The notes: generated from the sequence alone by a model not told the origin. A DNA stretch of 64,000 nt from Schmidtea polychroa (GCA_044892525.1 CM097885.1:11658001-11722000), one strand, 5' to 3'; shown: positions 1 through 16,309, counted from the stretch's first letter. Numbers and translations are program-made.

Positions 1-860
1 GTTAGCTTTTAAATTTTTTGGAGGTTTGTTTTATTGAATCATTGTAAGTTTCGAGAAATTTAAAAGATTTTGGTTTTTAAAATAAAAATAAAATTGTGTG
101 AATGGATTTGGAATATTTTTTAAAATCATTTTTGTATCATGTTCCTCAGAAGATATCAGACAATTTATGATTTCTACCGGATCAATTTTGTTGAAAAATA
201 TAAACGAAAAATTCCAATTGAATCTCTTTATGAAATTAAATGATTTATTAAAATATCACGAGAAAGATATTTTAACTAACTTGAAATTTGCATTTTCTAA
301 TCTTGCTAAACTTTTCATGTCATCTCACAATTCAATGAATGGCTCTATAGCTTTTAAAAATTATGATTATGTCTCATGGAAAATTAAAAATATTGTAAAC
401 ACTAGTAACAACTTGGATGTGAGTTCAGAAAGTAAAGAATTATTGAAAATCTTTTCTGTTCAACTTCAGTTAAAATCACAAAAGTTACGAGACGCTGCAA
501 AAGGTTGTTTGATTCGAGTTGTTGTTGTGAGTTCTGAAGCAGAAGCAATAAAAATTTGGCTTAATGTGTTAATTATTCTATTCAAGTATGCTTAATGTTT
601 TCAGAAACACAGTCTAAAAGTCTTATTGCATTGGATTATTTATGCAATCGGAATCGATCCGTTGATTGGTCAACCGGAATTTGCTAGTTGATTAATTTTT
701 AAACTTTATAAAACTTAATTTAATATTTTAATTAACCTGTATAATTAACCTCTCAGCAACAAAATGTTTAACTAATTTATAAATTTTTAATAAATCTATT
801 TTATCTCTAATGAAATTAAATAAATTTAAAATAATTTAGCAAATTATCAAAATCTTTTAC

Positions 861-1397
861 CGCTTGAAAATAGAATTTCTCTGACCATAATCCATCGAGA
901 CTGAAAATAGATATTAATTGACACGAAATGGCCTGTACGTTTCTTAAGATCTATCACTATCCATCTTGTGTCGAAATTCTCCCTGTCTTCCTTTATCGCA
1001 TGATTGATAGATTTTCCTCTATCAAATCTAAGCCCGTCAGAACTAAATGCAATCTCTACTCTTTTTGGGAGTGCTACTGATGCAGTCCGATAATTAGCAG
1101 CTCTTATACTGACATTTACAAATTTTCTATAATTAATAAATCGAAACAAAATCTGAATATTGTCAAATTTGAAATCGGAACGACTCCAGCCAACAAAGGG
1201 GCACGAAGACATGTTAAACGGATTATTGTCATTTTTCTCGTAGTCATGGTCGGTCAGTTTTCCTAGACCTGATTTCAGCATTCCCGTATGAAGGAGGACA
1301 CCGTCATATGATTGATCTGTAAAATATGGTTCTTTCATATTTTTTCCTTGGTCATAGTATAAACTTCCATCAACCATTTGATATTCTATGATGTTAT
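861..1397 (-). CDS. DDR-like receptor, exon encoding the discoidin-like (DS-like) domain; gene continues beyond the left window edge
   Basis: ORF 847-1425 has YDG...GLGKLTD, FVGW, I.F.F...RKF..V.I.A.N and WIMVREILFSS, typical of the DDR DS-like domain. Acceptor ttgtag|AT at 1397 and donor AGCG|gtaaaa at 861; phase matches the upstream exon. Confidence 0.85.
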
Positions 1398-2182
1398 CTA
1401 CAATAAATTTCATTAAAATCATCATCAGTAATAATTTTACATATAAATATGCTGTTATTCATTTTGAACATATTTTAAATGGAATCAAAAGAAATTGAAA
1501 GAAAAGTAATTAAAAAAACGGACGTGGTATGTCTTTTAAAATTTTAAACAAAATATGCCATTAATTAAGACATTCAATTAGAAAATATGTTAACTATGTG
1601 GTTAATAGAAATTTATTAAACATTTTTGACAGGCAAAAATAATAAATATAATTAAAATATCGTTTTCAAGGGCTTTACATTGTTTAAATGATTTTTAGTG
1701 TTTAAATAGCTAAAAGTTCATAATTTGAATTAATTTATTATTAATTATTTTCATTAACGAGTTCTTTTATTACTAATAAATAATTTTCAAATTTTCGTTC
1801 AAAAATAGGTTTATTTATTTTATACTTTTATATCTTACTGACAAATAATGAGTAAAATATTAAGTTAAATTTCATTTAATGATCTGCTATCATTTTTGGA
1901 TTTAGAATTTAGTATTTTATATATTAAATAAATTTATACAATATAAATTTTTTATTGAGGTTATTTTTATTTGGGAATATATCTCTTCAAACTTTACGTT
2001 TTATTATTGAATTATTAAGAGTATTAATGATATTATATTATACCAACTCATGGAAATGACGGGTATTCTTTGCCTTTTATTGAGGCTATAGAAAAATGTT
2101 ATTCTGTTTTTGTTATGCACCGAAAATTTAGAGTTTCAAAGATTTAAGTGCCAAAATAATAAAAATAAATAAAGTAAAAAAA

Positions 2183-3931
2183 TAATATATAATATATAAA
2201 GATGAAAGTTTGTTTGTTTGTTTGTTATCCATATAATTCCCCACCGTTGGACCTAGGGTGCTGAAGTTTTGCATGTGACCCTCATTTGACTCGAGACAGG
2301 TCATGTTTCAACCATACTCAGGGTCACCTTGATTTACTATAGTAGGTAAAAGAAGGTAAAATTGGCAAAAATGTTACAAATAAAAGTTGTAGATCATGTT
2401 AAGTTTATAAAATAGGATTATTTCAATTTTTCATTCGATCCATTTTTTACCGGCTGGGTGCCGTTTTAAATTTTACATTTAAATAAAAAAATTGTTTAAC
2501 CAAATTTCGCCGAAAGTTAATTTTCCTGATTTCTACATTTCTGATTCTCCAAAAAAATAAAGACAAAAAAGGTAATTATTGAAGTTTTTATTTTAAAATA
2601 CAATTTATTTATGCTTTAAGAATGAATTAAATTATTCTGTTTATTGATGCTAAGAAGTGTGAATTAAATAAAATTTATTTGTGTTAAGAAGAATAAGTGA
2701 AATTAATCTCTTTAGAATGTGTTTTTTAAGATTTTACAATCACTAGCCTAACTTAACCAAACTTGAAGTAGTAAACAAGTTTATTTATTAGCCTATCTAA
2801 TAACTTTCAGCCATTTTGGTGATGTTAATAAAATTAATTAAACTCATCTGTTTATTGATGTTAAGAAGGATGAATTAAATACATATATTTATTGTTGCTA
2901 AGAAGGTTAAATTAAATTAATCTCTTCTGAATATTTTTAAGATTTTACAATCAATACAAAATATCACTAAACAAATTATATATCTAAATTTTAAATTTAC
3001 TTGACCTGTTTTACAAATGTCCAAACACAATTTTTTATGTTTATCCTCTAAAATGTAGCTATCATTGAAAGTAAAAAAAACCTAAATCCGGCAATAGTTT
3101 TGTAGGCATTTGGCAATTCTGAATGAAGTTGAGTTTTGAGATTTTGAAATTTAATTAAAACTGAATTTATTTTGTTTTAAATTTTATTATGCTTTTTTGT
3201 ATGTTAAGAATAATAGTTAATAGTTGTTTTACCTCATCAATGAATATTTACTACCGCTATAAATGTGATTGTGGATTAAAATTATAACTTGATCAATACA
3301 GTAATGTCAACCATGAAGTGGAGGATAATTATTATTGTAATAAGAAACCTTAATTTATAAAGAATATTGAATAGAAAGGAAAGGATATCAAAGATGTCAT
3401 TCCGAATATTGTCAATGTCTTCCATATCAATTAAAGTATTTTAGAATGGAATTTCGAACTCAATCATTATTGGTAAAAATCGACAGAAATGCTTTTGGAA
3501 AGAGAGTCTGTCATTTAATAACATATTTTATCAAAGCTCCTATTTGATTTAATTTTAATAACCAAAGGGTAACATTTCAAAGCAGTTGTACATTAAAACA
3601 ATATATAAGCAATTACGTTTCAATTTTTCTTCAGAGAACTCATGCCCCCAAAAGGAAAAACTCAACTAGGTTGTGTTTCTAAAACGGCAAAGAAGCAAGC
3701 CTTACATAGAGAAAATGAAACCATTGAGCAAACCCAGGCAAGACTTGCAGATGTGAGAGAAAGAGTTTCAAGCTTTATCATAAGTGATAAATAAATTACA
3801 TGCACTTTTTTTAATTAAATTTTTATGTATTTTTTAAATTATTTTTTTTAAATGAATAAATTGAAATAAATTTCTTCAATTTGAATCTGTTTACTATTTT
3901 TTAAATCGTGCAACACCGGGTACCCAGCTAG
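2183..3931 (+). mobile_element. Non-autonomous Helitron
   Basis: 5' TATATAATATATAAAG plus (GTTT)n; 3' GCAACACCGGGTACCCAG-CTAG|T; decayed RepHel-like N-terminus (MPPK...RENETIEQTQARLADVRER) at ~3642-3770. 5' boundary approximate. Confidence 0.7.
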
Positions 3932-4669
3932 TATTAGATAATGTTCGTAGGATTGAATTTCTATTGGATTGATTTAAATATGATTGGATTGATTTAAATA
4001 TGATTGAATTTGATTAGATAACCGCTATTATATTATATTTATCATTAATTAATTAAAATTTAAATTAATTAAATAAAACCGTGCATTTGACTTTATTAAT
4101 CAAAAATAATTAAAAAATATTGTTAATAGGCGACTAATAAAATATGAATCATTGATCTGTCTAGATCAGAAACATTTCTTGCAACAATTACCAAATCTTT
4201 TCGTTGTCGTAAATGGCTAAAGTGACGTCTCGATATTCTATTAGAAAAAAGACGATCAAATAATGTAGGAGCGATAATTATGTCTAATAATCACTCAAAG
4301 CTAATATTTTGATGGATAATGTCTTTGAAAATCGTCATTTTCCTTAAAAATGTATTAATTATTCACTGTAAGAAAATTACAAAATTAAGTCTAATAAACT
4401 ATCAATGACAACATTATTTTATGAACTATTACAAAATTAAGGAAATAATTGTAAACAAATTCTAATTATCAAAATAAAATGATTAATAATTATTAAATTA
4501 GTAATATTGAATAGTTCAAAATTTTGCAATATAATTCCTAATTTTAAATAACATCAAAACAATTTCAAAAATAATTATAATTTAATTGAATAATTACAAT
4601 TATTGTTGAGATAAATATGTTTATTAAAAATAAATGTTGTTATAATAATAATAATAATTATTATTATTA

Positions 4670-4776
<107 letters not shown>

Positions 4777-4964
4777 TATTATTATTTAAAACAATAAAGT
4801 GATAATTTAAACCTTTTGCTACAAATAACGTATCAATCAAGATTGACAAGGACTATCTTATAGTCGAATTTTTTTCAATAAATACATTATTTGCAGCAAA
4901 AGGCTCAAATTATCACTTTATTGTTTTTAATAATAAATGCTGCTACCAAGAAATCATCACTTTA

Positions 4965-5061
<97 letters not shown>

Positions 5062-5086
5062 ATTATTATTATTATTATTATTATTA

Positions 5087-5397
5087 CTAGGGGCTCTGCC
5101 CCTGTTCGCTTCGCTTCACCAACCCCGTTAGAACGATGGAAATAATCGCGGGAATAACATCGGATCAGCATGTCATGATGTATTTTTAACGTAATCATTG
5201 TACTTCTTCCCCTTTGGGTAAACCCTAATGTCTACACACCCTGGAACTTCTCTCTCTCTTGTAGTTGTAACAGCGGCAATGTCATCACACGTAGAGAAAA
5301 AAATAAAATAAAAAATAAAAAAAATAAATAAAAAATAAATAAATAAATAAAAAAAAAGTAAAATTCGGATTCTTAGCTTTTTTTATATATAGAGAGA
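5087..5397 (-). mobile_element. Short non-autonomous Helitron
   Basis: Minus strand starts TCTCTCTATATATAAAA and ends with a GC-rich hairpin GGGGCAGAGCCC-CTAG|T; inserted in (ATT)n. Confidence 0.7.
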
Positions 5398-5481
5398 ATA
5401 TTATTATTATAAATATTATTATTATTATTATAGAAAATCGCCAATTAAGTATATTAAAATATAACATTGCTATTTATTTAA

Positions 5482-7192
5482 GAATGGTTATTAACTGTGC
5501 ACCTAAATTTATTAATAGGGAAGATAAACTAACTGTGACCACCTTTTTATTAACTGTGCGCATAGAATTATTGAATTTGTGCTTAAAGAAGTTTAGAAAT
5601 GTGCTCAAAATTTTACAAAAGTGTGCTTAAAAACATTTTTTGTCAGAAGGAAATTAATTTTAAATAAGTGGAAAAACACCTCATTTTTTTAAGCTTTGGA
5701 CACTTGAAATCCGATTGTTCCCATTGTCGATTGATCATTATCAATATATTTTGACTTTATATATTATGATGTGTCACAATATTTTTGTACTACATCCCTT
5801 TCGGTATTTTTATTCAATTAAAAATCCTATTAGAAAAAGATCATGGGATCAACCCTATATAATGACTGTCGCCATAATTTTATTTACATTGTGTAGCATT
5901 GTAGCACAGGTGCTTATTAGTATACCTAATTAAGTATATAAACAAATGAAAAACACCATATTAACAATTAAACATTTATTAATTTTTTAAAAAGACAAAT
6001 ACGATAAATATGAAAATAATTAAATGCTGACTTCAGAAAGCCTGTTAAAAATACTTATTTGATTGTTGATTTTACCTTTGACGTTTTTGGAGGGTAGTTG
6101 GGTATTATTCTGAGATGTATTTTTGACACAGATTTCTTGAATTGGTTCTGGTTGAACTTCCAATGCCTTCCTTGCTAATATTCGCCAACCTTTTTTCGCT
6201 TTTCCCCAATCGGAACAGTTTTTGCCAAATTTGGGATTATGACTAGTTTAAGTTTAGCTGCAATTCCAATTATATGCTTGCAAATGTGAATTTTTTGAAA
6301 GAATGGACAGGAACATCTTGCTTCTTTCCAATTTGTTTTACTAGTATCAGTACGAAACTCAGCACACCACATTGAGAAAAATATTCTGTGATACTCATCA
6401 AAGGACAGGGGTGAACAATTTGTTGCTCTACAGTATTCTTTAATTTGTATTTTTGTGATCTGCTCTTCAATCCAACGGATCCATCATATGGTAAAATTGG
6501 TTAGTAAATTGCTTCAAGTCATACTTGCAGGCTTTCAAACACGAATTGAAAATCTTCTTGTCATTCATTTGTGCACACTAAAATTCCAAATGGATGAAAC
6601 ACTTTATCCATGTCATTGGTGCCGCAAATAAGGACAGGAAAATTGTTCCAAATTAGTTTGTAAGTGCTCTCTGCATGAATGAACTTTGCTGTTGATGAGA
6701 TTGATAACAAGCGTCTAGTTGTGACAAAAAAATCGGAATGACTTTCTTTTTATTGGGATGTTGTTTGATCTCTATTTTGAAAAAGCTGAATTGCATCGCA
6801 ATTTTTAAACAATTTGGTTTTTTGGCAACAGGTTCATTGTCTTCATCAGAATCTTATTAGTCCAATTCCTGGAATTCATTGCTGTTTTTCATTTTGCTCA
6901 TTATTATATGTTATACAAAAATATAAAGCGCAAACACAACTTTTCCTCAAATAGTTAAAACAAGTTGGAAAGTAATAATTAATATTAAAATTGATTTTTG
7001 TTTTTAAATTTAATTTAATTCTCTTTGATAATATTTATCTACCCTATGTGTCCAATTAATAAATCCATGAGCACAGCAATTTCTTGATGTCAAATAATTA
7101 ATTAATTATTACATATTATAAATCCATGGACACAATCAAGTAACTCATTAGCACAGTAGTGTTATTTTTTTGAGCATATTTAACAATACCCC
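5482..7192 (-). mobile_element. Degenerate Mutator-like (MULE) element with SWIM zinc-finger remnant
   Basis: 9-bp TSD TTTATTTAA at 5473-5481 and 7193-7201; degenerate TIRs; ORF 6175-6372 has CSCPFFQKIHICKHIIG. Confidence 0.75.
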
Positions 7193-7702
7193 TTTATTTA
7201 ATAGTCTTCTTCAGGCTCGAAATCGTATTAATAACAACTAAATGAAAATAATAATTGTAATCAAATTTTATCAAATTAAATAGTATTTTTATAATCATAT
7301 AAAAATAATTTTAATTTTAGAAAACGCACAGAATTGTTAACATTTTCATACAAAACATTTTTTTAAAGTAAATATAATTAATAATTTTAATTTAACTTTA
7401 AAAATTAAAAATTGTTTTCAAACATAATATTTAACAATAAAATCATAAAAAAAATCAATAAAAAATATGCTATATTATTTAAATAAATTGAAAAAATCCC
7501 TCTAAGCTGGGCACTTTGAATATTAATTATAGGATTTTAAGATCTCATTAGCAACGCCTCGCACGTTACTCATTCCCAGTAATTACTCAAACTCTTCGAA
7601 AAGATCTTAAAATCATCAATACTTTTTTTTTACTGGTACACTTCTTAAAAAAATCACTAATGTGGGTCAATTCATTCCGTCGGCAATGCTCAAGAACTCC
7701 AC

Positions 7703-7966
<264 letters not shown>

Positions 7967-8689
7967 ATCAATTTAATAAAAATACGAAATTAATTATCCA
8001 TTTTGCGCAAGGTTCAATTATCCGAATGTATGAATTTGTTAACTTCCCTGTCAATATTTTCACTCATTTGATTATTCAACAGACACGTTCGTCAAATTAT
8101 AGAAATCTCCTGGGAATAATAGAAATTTAATTGCAAAATTAGTGAAACAGAATTAAATTATTTATTACCTATTCGACTTGTTTAGTCGAAATATAAAATC
8201 ATACTCATAATCTCAACATCGATTCTAGTGCTTTGTAAACATATTTTTATTAAAAAATTAATGGAAAATATTAAAATAATATTAGTAAAACTAATTATTT
8301 TTTGTTTATCCTTCACCTGCTTTTGTTTTTTTTTAACAAGTTCATTTATTTGCATTTATTTATTATCACTTTAGATCAATTTCAATTTACCTGTGTAACA
8401 GAAATTTTATATTAATTATGATAATAATCTAAAAAATCATAATAATAATAATAATTTTAAAAAATTAAGAAAATCAAAATAATAATAACAATAAAAATAT
8501 TTTAAATCCAAAAAATTGTTATAACAATCGCTAAATAATGGCATCGATAAAATTGCTCTTTTTTAAACAAACTAATTAACTAATTCATTAATTTTTTTTA
8601 AATTAATTTCGCTAAAAATTTACAAAATTCTGTTTTTTATATTCCAACTTTAAAAATTATAAAATTTTTAAAATTTTTAAAACTTTTAA

Positions 8690-9090
8690 AACTCACAAAA
8701 GTTGAAATCAAACAAGATTCTAATAAATTTTCCACAAAATTGTGATTACTAATATTAATCAATTGTTTCAGTCGATAGTGATCTGGAACTTGAAAACGGA
8801 GATGACGGACAGTCATTCCAATGTATGTGACATTGCACCCATGACATAAATATTCATAACCAAGATCCGAAAACAATCTAAGTAATAATTGAAATCCACT
8901 AATAAACACGAAGTTTAAAAAACAGAAATTTGATACCACCTTCCAACGTTGAATTGTAAGCCTAAACAAAAAACTGTGCTTGCTGATATAAATCAATTCC
9001 CTCAGTCGACAGTTATCTAGAAATTGAGAACGTAGATGACGGGCAGTCATTCTAATGTATGTGGCATTGCACTCATGACATATATATTCA
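8690..9090 (-). mobile_element. Two tandem Penelope-like GIY-YIG endonuclease fragments
   Basis: YEYLCHGCNVTYIGMTVRHLR, with a second copy ~240 bp away (MTARHLRSQFLDNC). Confidence 0.7.
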
Positions 9091-10206
9091 AAACCAAAGA
9101 TAAAAAAACCTTAAAACCATAGATAAAAAATTATGTTTCATTATGTTTTAGTTATTCCATATTTGAAAGCTTTAAAGGATTTGAAGATTTCTGGCATGAA
9201 ATTCTGGCAACAATTCTTTAAAATCTTTAAAATGATTAAATAAGTTGAGAGATAAATCCCAAATTCCAATAGATTTAGTGTATGTCTGTATGAGTATAAT
9301 TGTCACATACACTGGAAAGACTTCCTTCATCTCAACTCACACATTCAGGAACATAATCGGTTGAAAAGCCGGAATTATATACTTGAGCATAGGAAACAAA
9401 TGTGTAAAGTTACAACTAATTTAAAATGTTTTAAAATTTTATAATAAAACTTTAATAATAAGTGGGTTAATAATAAGACTTTTATGTGAAGCATTGGTTA
9501 TTGAATCGCAATTCGCTACAACTCACATTCAATCAGCAATGAATTTATTGAGATTATTTAATTACTTCATTAACCCAGATGTTGTCAAAACTATTTTATT
9601 CAAAAAAAAACATAAAACTTCTATCATAGAACTAAATACCGCAGTGTATACAAAATCAAGAATAAACAAAGAAGTTAACTGGTCAAGACTTGTAATTGTG
9701 ATGTGCTAAACACATTCTTATTATAGATATCTCTAAATAACTAGCGTATGCAAAATAAAAAATATATATAAGGAGCGTTCTTTTAAAAGGACGGTGGCAA
9801 CATTTGGGTTAAATCATAACTATTACATCATTATAGTTTCCGTATATAACTGTTAAAAGAGATTATGATGTCAGACTGATGAAATATATTTCAATCCTTC
9901 TTTGAAATGTAACTTTTCATCGTCTTTCATTATTGAAGTAGTTTTTTTATTTATTTAAAGTTTATTCAAACAACAAATTTAGTTAGCACTATTTAATTAA
10001 CTCGGGCTTCATAGAATTATTTTTCTTTAATTTAACTATCTTTATTTGTATAATTTTATTGTTTTACTACTCTCAGATTTCTTTGTATTATCAGAATCAC
10101 TCAAAACACTAAGTTAATAAAAAATTGTTTTTATTTAATTTTTTATTTTAAATTTTTTTTATAAATTAAAATAATAATAATAATAATAATATTAATAATA
10201 ATAACA

Positions 10207-10243
<37 letters not shown>

Positions 10244-10245
10244 TG

Positions 10246-10334
<89 letters not shown>

Positions 10335-11940
10335 TAATTTAAAGTGAAGTCTGCTAGATCATCGATATTGTTTATGAACCAAAACAGTAATTTGATTACG
10401 GTGGATTTTAGGTGAAAAGTTGATTAAAGATCTGTACTGATGGCAGCTTCATTCGGTATGAATATCCAGCTGAGATATATGATAGAAATTGTAGATATTT
10501 ATTAATCTTGTCGACCGAAAATATATATTTCATCAACTATATTTCCTTTATTCATTATATACAAATGGAACTTAAAAATTGAGTTTCTATATTTGAAACA
10601 GATTAACAAATATGGAAGTCACTTACCTTTTGTACGTCATAGATAAAATGAATAAAATTTTGTGAAAATATTATACACTTAATTTAGTTTAATCTGTGAG
10701 ATTATTAGGCCGTGACTTACACTGTCTCATTGATGATTGTCTCGCCACTTTTAAGCTGGAAAATTATTTGAATTCTTTAGTAGTTTCAAAATTTATCAGC
10801 CTGCACGTTATCAAAACTTGGTTGTCTTTTGACTTTTTGCATCTTTTTCACTTAAGATCTTTGACCTTGATTGATAGGAAATATAAAATTAAGAAATCTT
10901 GAGTATTTATATTTTTCTCTTTAATTCTTTCAGTCATTCTTTTGAAAAGATTAAATGAATCTCAAATCCATTTATTGAATTATAATTTAATTAATTAAAT
11001 TAGTTATCGATTTTTTTAAATCCTTGAATTCTACTGATCCTACCAAATTCATTTTTTATTTTTATTTAATATGTGTATTTAATCTAGGAATATGTAATGA
11101 AATATGATATGAAATATTTTTTTTACAAATTTATATTTTAAATTTTATTAAAATAAATAATTTATAAATTATTAAATAATAATGAAAAGAACACCATTTT
11201 TTTAAAATATAGATTTTCAATATATTTCAACAGTTCAGTTGGCATCATCTGCCACAAAAAATTCAATAAAATACGAACATATAAATACATGCGCGTTTAC
11301 TAATAAAAATGCAGTTAGTATTATCTGTATAATTATGTAGTTATTATTAAACCTATAAGTATGATCATTTTTAATGAATTTGTTTAGTATTTAATACGTC
11401 TGAGCTGACAAAATAGGTTTTTATAATAGTTTTCTTTTATAAATAAACATATTTATTATTAACGCTTTTGTTGATGTTTTCAATTAATATTAAAGTTTTA
11501 CATGACTTGTCTTTGCTTTACCTAAGCTTAGTTGTATTTCGATTGTTTTGTTAAATATTTATAAATGATGCGAAAACAATCTGTTATTATCCTTAAAAAT
11601 TACAGATTAAAATTTATCTTTTTTAGTAAAATTAATTGTTTTTTAATTTTTTTTTGTTTTAATATTATAACAACAGAATATGAGTATATTTTTAAAAATA
11701 TATTTTTTATATTTATCAGCACAATTTATATCTATAAATTAGTATGTTGTTTTCTATTAAATTGAAAACGAAACATTACTCTGAAAATTAATGAAATTCT
11801 AAATAAAAAATTGAAAGTTAAGATGATATGAGATAATGAGAGATTGTAAGATCGTTTTAGCATTTTTAGTAAAATTTAAAATTTTAACAAAACTATATAT
11901 AATCTGACAATCAAAATCATTACTTATATAAATATTATTA

Positions 11941-12195
<255 letters not shown>

Positions 12196-15100
12196 GAAAT
12201 AAGTCAGAACGATTCAGTCAACATATCTAATCGAAAAGTTATGAATCCATATGAATGCATTTAAATATATAATGAAAATGACACAGATTATTTCCTTACT
12301 AATATTTTTTTATTAATTATTTAGGCCGCTTTGTTTTTCTTTGTTTTCTTTTACTTTGAAACTTTAATGGAAATGACATAGCAAAATCCCGGCATATAAT
12401 CTGTCATTTCTTTATAATTTTCATTATTAATTATATTTTAAATAAGTTTTGTAAATATTTATCAAATTAAATTTTTAAAAATATGTACTTTTTAATCAGA
12501 CAATTTTAAAGGCAATGTTAAAAATAGACAAAAGTCGAATGGATAGTAAGAATATATTAAATTAAATGTTATTACAGTTTACATATTATACTTTTTAAAT
12601 ATCTTTAAATTCTCAACGTACACTTATGTAGCCCTTGTTGTATTTAACCTATATTTTATAGTTTATATTTATTTATAAAAATAATATCATAAATAAATGA
12701 TTCATGTATATACTTTTTGTATGTTCTTTAAACTGTTGATAATTATGTAACTTTCTAGATGCAAAATGTGACTATTTTGATGTACTTGGAATTTACTTTA
12801 TATTAACTGTATGAACAATATCATATGAAGAAAATGAAGTTCCTTGTCATCGATATTTAAGGTCTTCCTGAATATATCCTACAATTACATTGGGTTAATA
12901 ATACGAAGATTAATACAATTAAAATTATAGTAGTAAAGATTAACAAATAATATCAACCTTTTTTGTGAAAAAAATATATTTTTAAAATAAATTGCGTATG
13001 AAATTAACGAATATTATCACTTTTAAATATTTATTAACTTTCTTAAAAAATAAATAGTTTTAAATATATGTATACCCGTTTATTTTTATTATTAAGATTT
13101 TATGACAAATTATGAAAATTTCACGCGTTAAATTAGTAATGGCACAATTATTTCAATGAAATGTAAGTTATTTTTAATTTTTAAATTTATTCAATAAATA
13201 TTAAAAAAATTTAAAAATTTAGATACCCAATATTTTTAATATGGTGTAAATTATTTTTTAACAATAATTTAACAACGACTATAAATTATAAACAATTAAA
13301 TCTCACAAATTTCTTTTTTATTTCCCCCAAAATGAAAGTGTACTTCGAGTACTGGTTTTTAAATGTATTCCAGTTTATTATAGAAATTGCATTCATCGTA
13401 TTTGTATTTTTCATTAATTTTGCTAACCCTCTTTGAATCCTATCATAAATTGGTAGTTGTACCTGCTAATCTATTTTCAGCGCACAGGCAAGTTTGTATG
13501 TATCATGTAATATGATTTATTGATTACTTTTGATATTATCTGCAGTTTTTATCAAACGCAATGCAGTTTATGACAACCGTTCTTTTGACAATCTCACTTT
13601 ATTATTTTATTCTGTTTGTTGTGTTCAAGTAACTATTATTAAACTATTAACACTTTGTGTTCTTTTTAAACCTCTTGTTAACTTAAATAATAAATAATAA
13701 CAAAATTTTACGATTTACCCAATTAACTGTCCTTAAAGTAATAGAATAAAGCATTTTCAATTAATATTTGGAAATATACAAATTTTCTTTGACGATTTTT
13801 TTATATACATTTCCCATGCTAAAATTTCTTTATTGGATTTTTTCCCAGTAATTTTTGTTTGATCAAGCTGATAATGAATTTGCCCTAGTTAGTTTAACAG
13901 TAAAACAATTCATTATTTTCTAACATTTTAACATCAATTCCCGGGAAGATTATTTTCTAATCTCAGTTGGATTAAATCGAAAATAGTTTGTTTGGACTTC
14001 ATCCTCCGTTTCCCATCGGGATTTTAAGTTAATAAGAAATATATTTTTTTTATTCTCGATAAAAGACCGAATCATTCATCAAATCGTTTAATGTTAAAGC
14101 TATTTCTCATAGTTTATGCTCTCTGTAACCTAGAAACTTTGTAAATCTTTCTACATTTAATTAAATACACACTGCAAAGCAAGTTGGCTTTACTCCTTTC
14201 TAAGTCAAATGTTTTCTGACTAAAACAATAAAAGTTCATAATTTTTATGTTTTAGGTTACGAATTTTTGATATATCGGTTGAGCCTATGAATGCATTCAG
14301 TTCTTTAACCTCCTTCGTTCATTTCCAAAACCTTGTTCCATTTAAAAACGTTGTATTTTAAATCTTTTGAAAAGTTTCACTGTATGCAATGCGCCATAAG
14401 GTATGTTTGAAGCTTGTTGTGAAATTTTAAACATTATATCGCGTCCATTAATATTTCAGTCCATTTCATAAATTAAAATATTTCAACTAAAAAAAACAAA
14501 TATTTTTCAATTAATATAATTTAATTATTAAACTTTTATTATAAATTTAAAAATTTTTTTTTTAATTTTAAATGAAAATTTTTCATAATTTTTAATTGAA
14601 TGAATAAAAACTAAAAGTGCTAAAAATCTTAATTATAATCATATAAAGTTGATTAGACTTAGCAGTTCATTCAAAGAAATCAAACTATTTTCATTTTATT
14701 TATATATACTCAAAAACAATTGATATTATTTTTCTTAAAAATCTAAATGGATTTTCTGAAAAAAAAACAAAATATTTTCTCCACTGAATCCTAATTATCT
14801 ACCACTGAACTTGAATATTGATTTCCTCAGTTTATCTTCTGAAAAATTCTTTTGATTTTTCTTTTTTAAAATAAATTGCAAAATTTTAATTTGAACACAA
14901 ACTTTATTTTGTTCATAAATATTTCATTAACTTTTTTCTGATAGAAAAGAAGTATAGGTTTCATGAAGGAATTAATCAGATGGCATAATAGTGAATAAAT
15001 TTTGGCATTCTCCAACAAAATAAATATACATAAAATAAAAGTAATACTAATATAATAATAATAATGATAATAAAAGAATTGACTATAAGATAGTCCTTGG

Positions 15101-15211
15101 ACTATCTTATAGTCGAAAATTCTTTCATTAAATACATTATTTGCAGCAAAAGGCTTAAATTATCATTTTATTGTTTTAAATAATAAATGCTGCTACCAAG
15201 CAATCATCAAT

Positions 15212-15370
<159 letters not shown>

Positions 15371-15388
15371 GTAATAATATTAACATAC

Positions 15389-15536
15389 TTGTATAATGAC
15401 ATCCGTAGAGCTGTAAATTTAAACAAATCATTTCTGGATGGCTAGATATTGGATAGATTCTAATCCATCTCGTAACAATACTTGGCGTGAATAAATTGAA
15501 TTTTTCTGTTAAATGATCTTTATTCCCGGAAATTTT
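15389..15536 (-). CDS. DDR-like receptor exon, C-terminal part of the discoidin (F5/8 type C) domain
   Basis: Manual translation KISGNKDHLTEKFNLFTPSIVTRWIRIYPISSHPEMICLNLQLYGCHYT matches the discoidin GN.D...P.I..R.IR.YP...C...LYGC motif. Bounded by tttag and gtatgt; phases 0/1 fit the neighbouring exons. Confidence 0.85.
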
Positions 15537-16099
15537 CTAAAAAGCATATTATTAATAAATAAAACAAAAATAATAAAATTATATTTTCCAGTATCGATTA
15601 TTTTTAATGTATCTAATTCAACTAAAAAATCCATAAATCGTAAATTTGCAGAAACAGACGAAAATTGAAAATATTTTCACTAATAATGAAGATCAAAATA
15701 CAAATTTAAATAGAAATTTAAATTAAAATTAAAGAAATTTATTGATTAATCAATTAGTTATTCGATAAAGAAGTGAAATAAATTAATATCATATTTGGAA
15801 TTGTTATTTACAAATTCTTTTTTCAAAAATCGATAATGTATTAAAATGTTATCGCCTCCATTTTGTAATTAGGCAGGTTGTTTTTTGCAATGAAAATTTT
15901 TAATTAGAAAAATCTTGTAATTATGAATAACAAAATATAATTAAAATTGATTAAGGATTTTTTTTAATTAAAAGCATGTTAAATTTGGAAATAGCAAGGC
16001 AAGTTTTTTTTCAATCATTTTGAAAATGATTTAATAAATTTTAATAATAAATAACAATTGTAATTGCTATTTAAAAGCATTATAATTTTGCTTTTTTAA

Positions 16100-16309
<210 letters not shown>

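Noticed and set aside
13330..14470. Coding-like decayed sequence (also at ~40230-40700, ~47220-47850 and ~56500-57450)
   Set aside because: Probably old transposase or RT relics, but I could not recover a diagnostic motif.
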